64,000 nt of DNA from assembly GCA_965206595.1 (NCBI GenBank), contig OZ242214.1, forward strand, positions 1,088,001 through 1,152,000, read 5' to 3'. The position numbers and the translations under genes were made by a program. Numbering within the stretch: position 1 is the first letter of the stretch; every line of letters begins with the position of its first letter. Origin of the DNA: Candidatus Latescibacterota bacterium. GTDB lineage: Bacteria; Latescibacterota; UBA2968; UBA8231. The notes beneath the pieces were generated by a model, which did no database searches, had not been told where the DNA came from, and saw only the letters and a program-made list of their open reading frames with translations. Below are positions 61,812 to 64,000 of the stretch, piece after piece.

Positions 61812-62675
61812 TCATCCGGCCTCGTACCCGTTTCTCGCCAGGGCCGCTCCGGCGACCCGGTGGATGGCGGCGATATCCTCCGCCGACAGCCTGCCGATGC
61901 TGTCCCCGTTCATGTTTCGTATCTCCGCTTCGACCCCGTGGATGCGCCACCGCGACCGCAGCGCCTCTGTCGCCAGCGGCTCCAGTCCCAGGAAGCCGGT
62001 CACCTTTCCGGCGGTGGCCTCCGGCGCCGTTGTCAGCTCCTCGTAGCTGATCCGGAGAAACCGCTGCGTATGGGCGCGGTCGGCATCGACGAGGTCGTCG
62101 GAGGCGCGCCACTGCTCGGCGCACAGCTCGATCGGGTAGCCCTCGCGATAGTCGGTGTTTCCCCACCTGGCGGGACGCGCCTTGCGCCGGATCCCCTCGG
62201 CAACCGCGTACCCGTTGCGGATGATGTAGACGAAAAAGGCCGGCTGGAAGAACTGGTTCAAAAAGGGGATCCTGGCAGTGTTGGCGACCGACTTCTCCAG
62301 CAGGTTGGCGGCACTCCGTGGGTAGAGCAGCGACCACTGGCGTTTGACCCGCCGCGCCCTCTGCGCCCCTCCGGCCTCCCCGGCGAGTCGGACCTGGTCG
62401 AGGCACTGGCACCACATCCGGTTCCAACCGAACTCCTCGGGTCGGGGCAGCCCGTCCGTGAGCCGCACCCCCTCGCTCGGCAGAGCGGCAATCCCGGGGT
62501 GGCGGGCGAGAATGCGGCTCAGCAGGGTGGTGCCGGAGTTGTAACAGCCGATGACGAAGATCCACCGCCGCGGCTCGAGGTCGCGGCCGAACACCGCCGC
62601 GGCACTGCGTATCGGGGCTCTCTTGAGCAGGGCGGCTTTCAGACGGAGTCCGGCGCCGGCGTCGGGATCGGCCAA
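61812..62675 (-). CDS. Sulfotransferase (PAPS-dependent)
   Basis: FVIGCYNSGTTLL 5'-PSB loop, LEKS, IIRNG 3'-PB motif, ISYEEL; TTG start inferred. Confidence 0.88.
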   Translation of the reverse strand: MADPDAGAGLRLKAALLKRAPIRSAAAVFGRDLEPRRWIFVIGCYNSGTTLLSRILARHPGIAALPSEGVRLTDGLPRPEEFGWNRMWCQCLDQVRLAGEAGGAQRARRVKRQWSLLYPRSAANLLEKSVANTARIPFLNQFFQPAFFVYIIRNGYAVAEGIRRKARPARWGNTDYREGYPIELCAEQWRASDDLVDADRAHTQRFLRISYEELTTAPEATAGKVTGFLGLEPLATEALRSRWRIHGVEAEIRNMNGDSIGRLSAEDIAAIHRVAGAALARNGYEAG

Positions 62676-62676
62676 T

Positions 62677-63876
62677 TCAGAGGCTGCCGGCAACTGCCCG
62701 CCGGTCCCCGGCGAGCACGGACTCGAGGACGGGATGACAGCGGTCGGCGAGGGCGTCGACGCTGAACAGGGAGCGCACCCGGGCCTTGGCGCGGTCCCCC
62801 ATGCGGCGGCGCGCGCCGCAGTCGGCGAGCAACTGCATGACTTTTCCGGCGACCTGCGGCGGATCCGCGGCATCGGCGAGCAGTCCGGTGTCGCCGTCGA
62901 GGATCGCTTCCGGCACTCCCCCGGAGCGGGGTCCGACGCTGGCGAGGCCGAAGGCCCCGGCCTCGAGCAGGACGTTGCCCAGCCCTTCCCCGCTGCTGGT
63001 CAGCAGGAACAGGTCGTTCTCCCGGTAGTACTTCCAAAGGCGGGGGGACCTGGCCGGGACGGCACCGGCGAAGCGGACCCGCACTCCTCGACTCCGCGCC
63101 TCCTCCTCCAGGCGGGGGCGTTCCGGGCCGTCGCCGACGATGGTGTAGCCGGCGTGGGGAAAGGTGCGCTGCACGATCTCCATGGCGGCGATCGCCACGT
63201 CCACCCTCTTCTGTGCGGTGAGCCGGGAGACGGTGAGAACGGAGGCTTCCCGGGCTGCCTCTTCAGGCCGGTCAGGAGAGGAAGGGGAGAGGGCAGGATC
63301 CGCCTCGGCGATCCGTTCGAGCTCCGGCGGGATGGCGGAGAACGAGACGAAGATGCGGTCGCCGGAAACCCCCTTGGAGATGGCGATCTGCCGCAAGTAC
63401 TCGCTCGCCGCGGCAATGGCGGCCGAGCGCCTGTAACAGCGGCGCTGCGGTATGCTCTCCAGTCTGCGCAGCGTGTCCCTGCCTGGCAGCCGGGTGCGGA
63501 TGTCGGTGCCGCGAATCGAGGAGATTACAGGGAGGCCGTGGGCTATTCCCGGCAGTCCGGCGACCCGCGTCGCCATGCCGTTGGTCGTCCACAGGCAGTG
63601 GGGCCGTGTCGACGCCAGGGCGCTCCTCAGGCCCCGCCAGGCGGCGATGTAGGCCCTGGGAACATCCTGGGCGCGACGCATGCGGATCACCGGAAAGGGC
63701 TGGGCGCGGTCGAATGCGTCGCTTCCGGCTGTGGTACACTCCCGAGTGAGCATGGTTACCTGAACCCCGCGCCGCTGCATTCCGGTGGCGAGAGCGCAGG
63801 CGTACGCAGCGGTTCCGACCGACTCGGGGGGGAAGTCGGTTCCGAAGATCAGCAGTCTGTCACTTTCTCGGTTCAA
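62677..63876 (-). CDS. Glycosyltransferase family 4
   Basis: TDFPP N-terminus, VSRLTAQK, EGLGNVLLEA (EX7E), GGVPEAI; start uncertain. Confidence 0.92.
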   Translation of the reverse strand: MNRESDRLLIFGTDFPPESVGTAAYACALATGMQRRGVQVTMLTRECTTAGSDAFDRAQPFPVIRMRRAQDVPRAYIAAWRGLRSALASTRPHCLWTTNGMATRVAGLPGIAHGLPVISSIRGTDIRTRLPGRDTLRRLESIPQRRCYRRSAAIAAASEYLRQIAISKGVSGDRIFVSFSAIPPELERIAEADPALSPSSPDRPEEAAREASVLTVSRLTAQKRVDVAIAAMEIVQRTFPHAGYTIVGDGPERPRLEEEARSRGVRVRFAGAVPARSPRLWKYYRENDLFLLTSSGEGLGNVLLEAGAFGLASVGPRSGGVPEAILDGDTGLLADAADPPQVAGKVMQLLADCGARRRMGDRAKARVRSLFSVDALADRCHPVLESVLAGDRRAVAGSL

Positions 63877-64000
63877 GGGGGGCTCCCGGAAGCGCGTCGA
63901 ACCCAAAATATACGGACAGGCGGCGAGCTTCCCTGGACCGCTGGCCGAACGCGATGACAGACCGCGTCCCGGGGAGGCGCCCGACTGTTACGCGGCCTCC

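Overview
This is a gene-dense, high-GC bacterial chromosomal window with about 62 CDS. No rRNA, tRNA, CRISPR array, transposase or phage gene was seen. The gene content (lipoproteins, PASTA-only protein between rsmB and rpe, Minf_1886-family protein, PhyH dioxygenase, many sugar oxidoreductases) suggests a diderm, possibly FCB-group or Latescibacterota-like organism; that is inference only. Core genes include rlmN, recJ, rsmB-PASTA-rpe, ffh-rpsP-rimM-trmD-rplS, polA, ppk2, metG, amtB-glnK, a purF-like gene, a uvrA-like gene and larC. Points worth a second look: (1) an Rdx/SelW-type selenoprotein gene (CxxU, in-frame TGA, SECIS-like hairpin) at 36137-36364 that the ORF track misses; (2) a roughly 260-nt, extensively self-complementary intergenic element at 46686-46950, a candidate new structured RNA or leader; (3) a coiled-coil lipoprotein + L,D-transpeptidase + catalytically dead L,D-transpeptidase paralog, possibly an Lpp-like envelope tether; (4) a GT4 / sulfotransferase / GINT1-like / flippase / cytidylyltransferase / CDP-alcohol phosphotransferase operon, possibly making a sulfated polyol-phosphate glycoconjugate; (5) a ytr-type operon with an intact regulator and operator but a disabled ATPase; (6) a frameshifted oxidoreductase ending in a perfect 32-bp palindrome. 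All calls come from motif recognition by eye; no database search was run.
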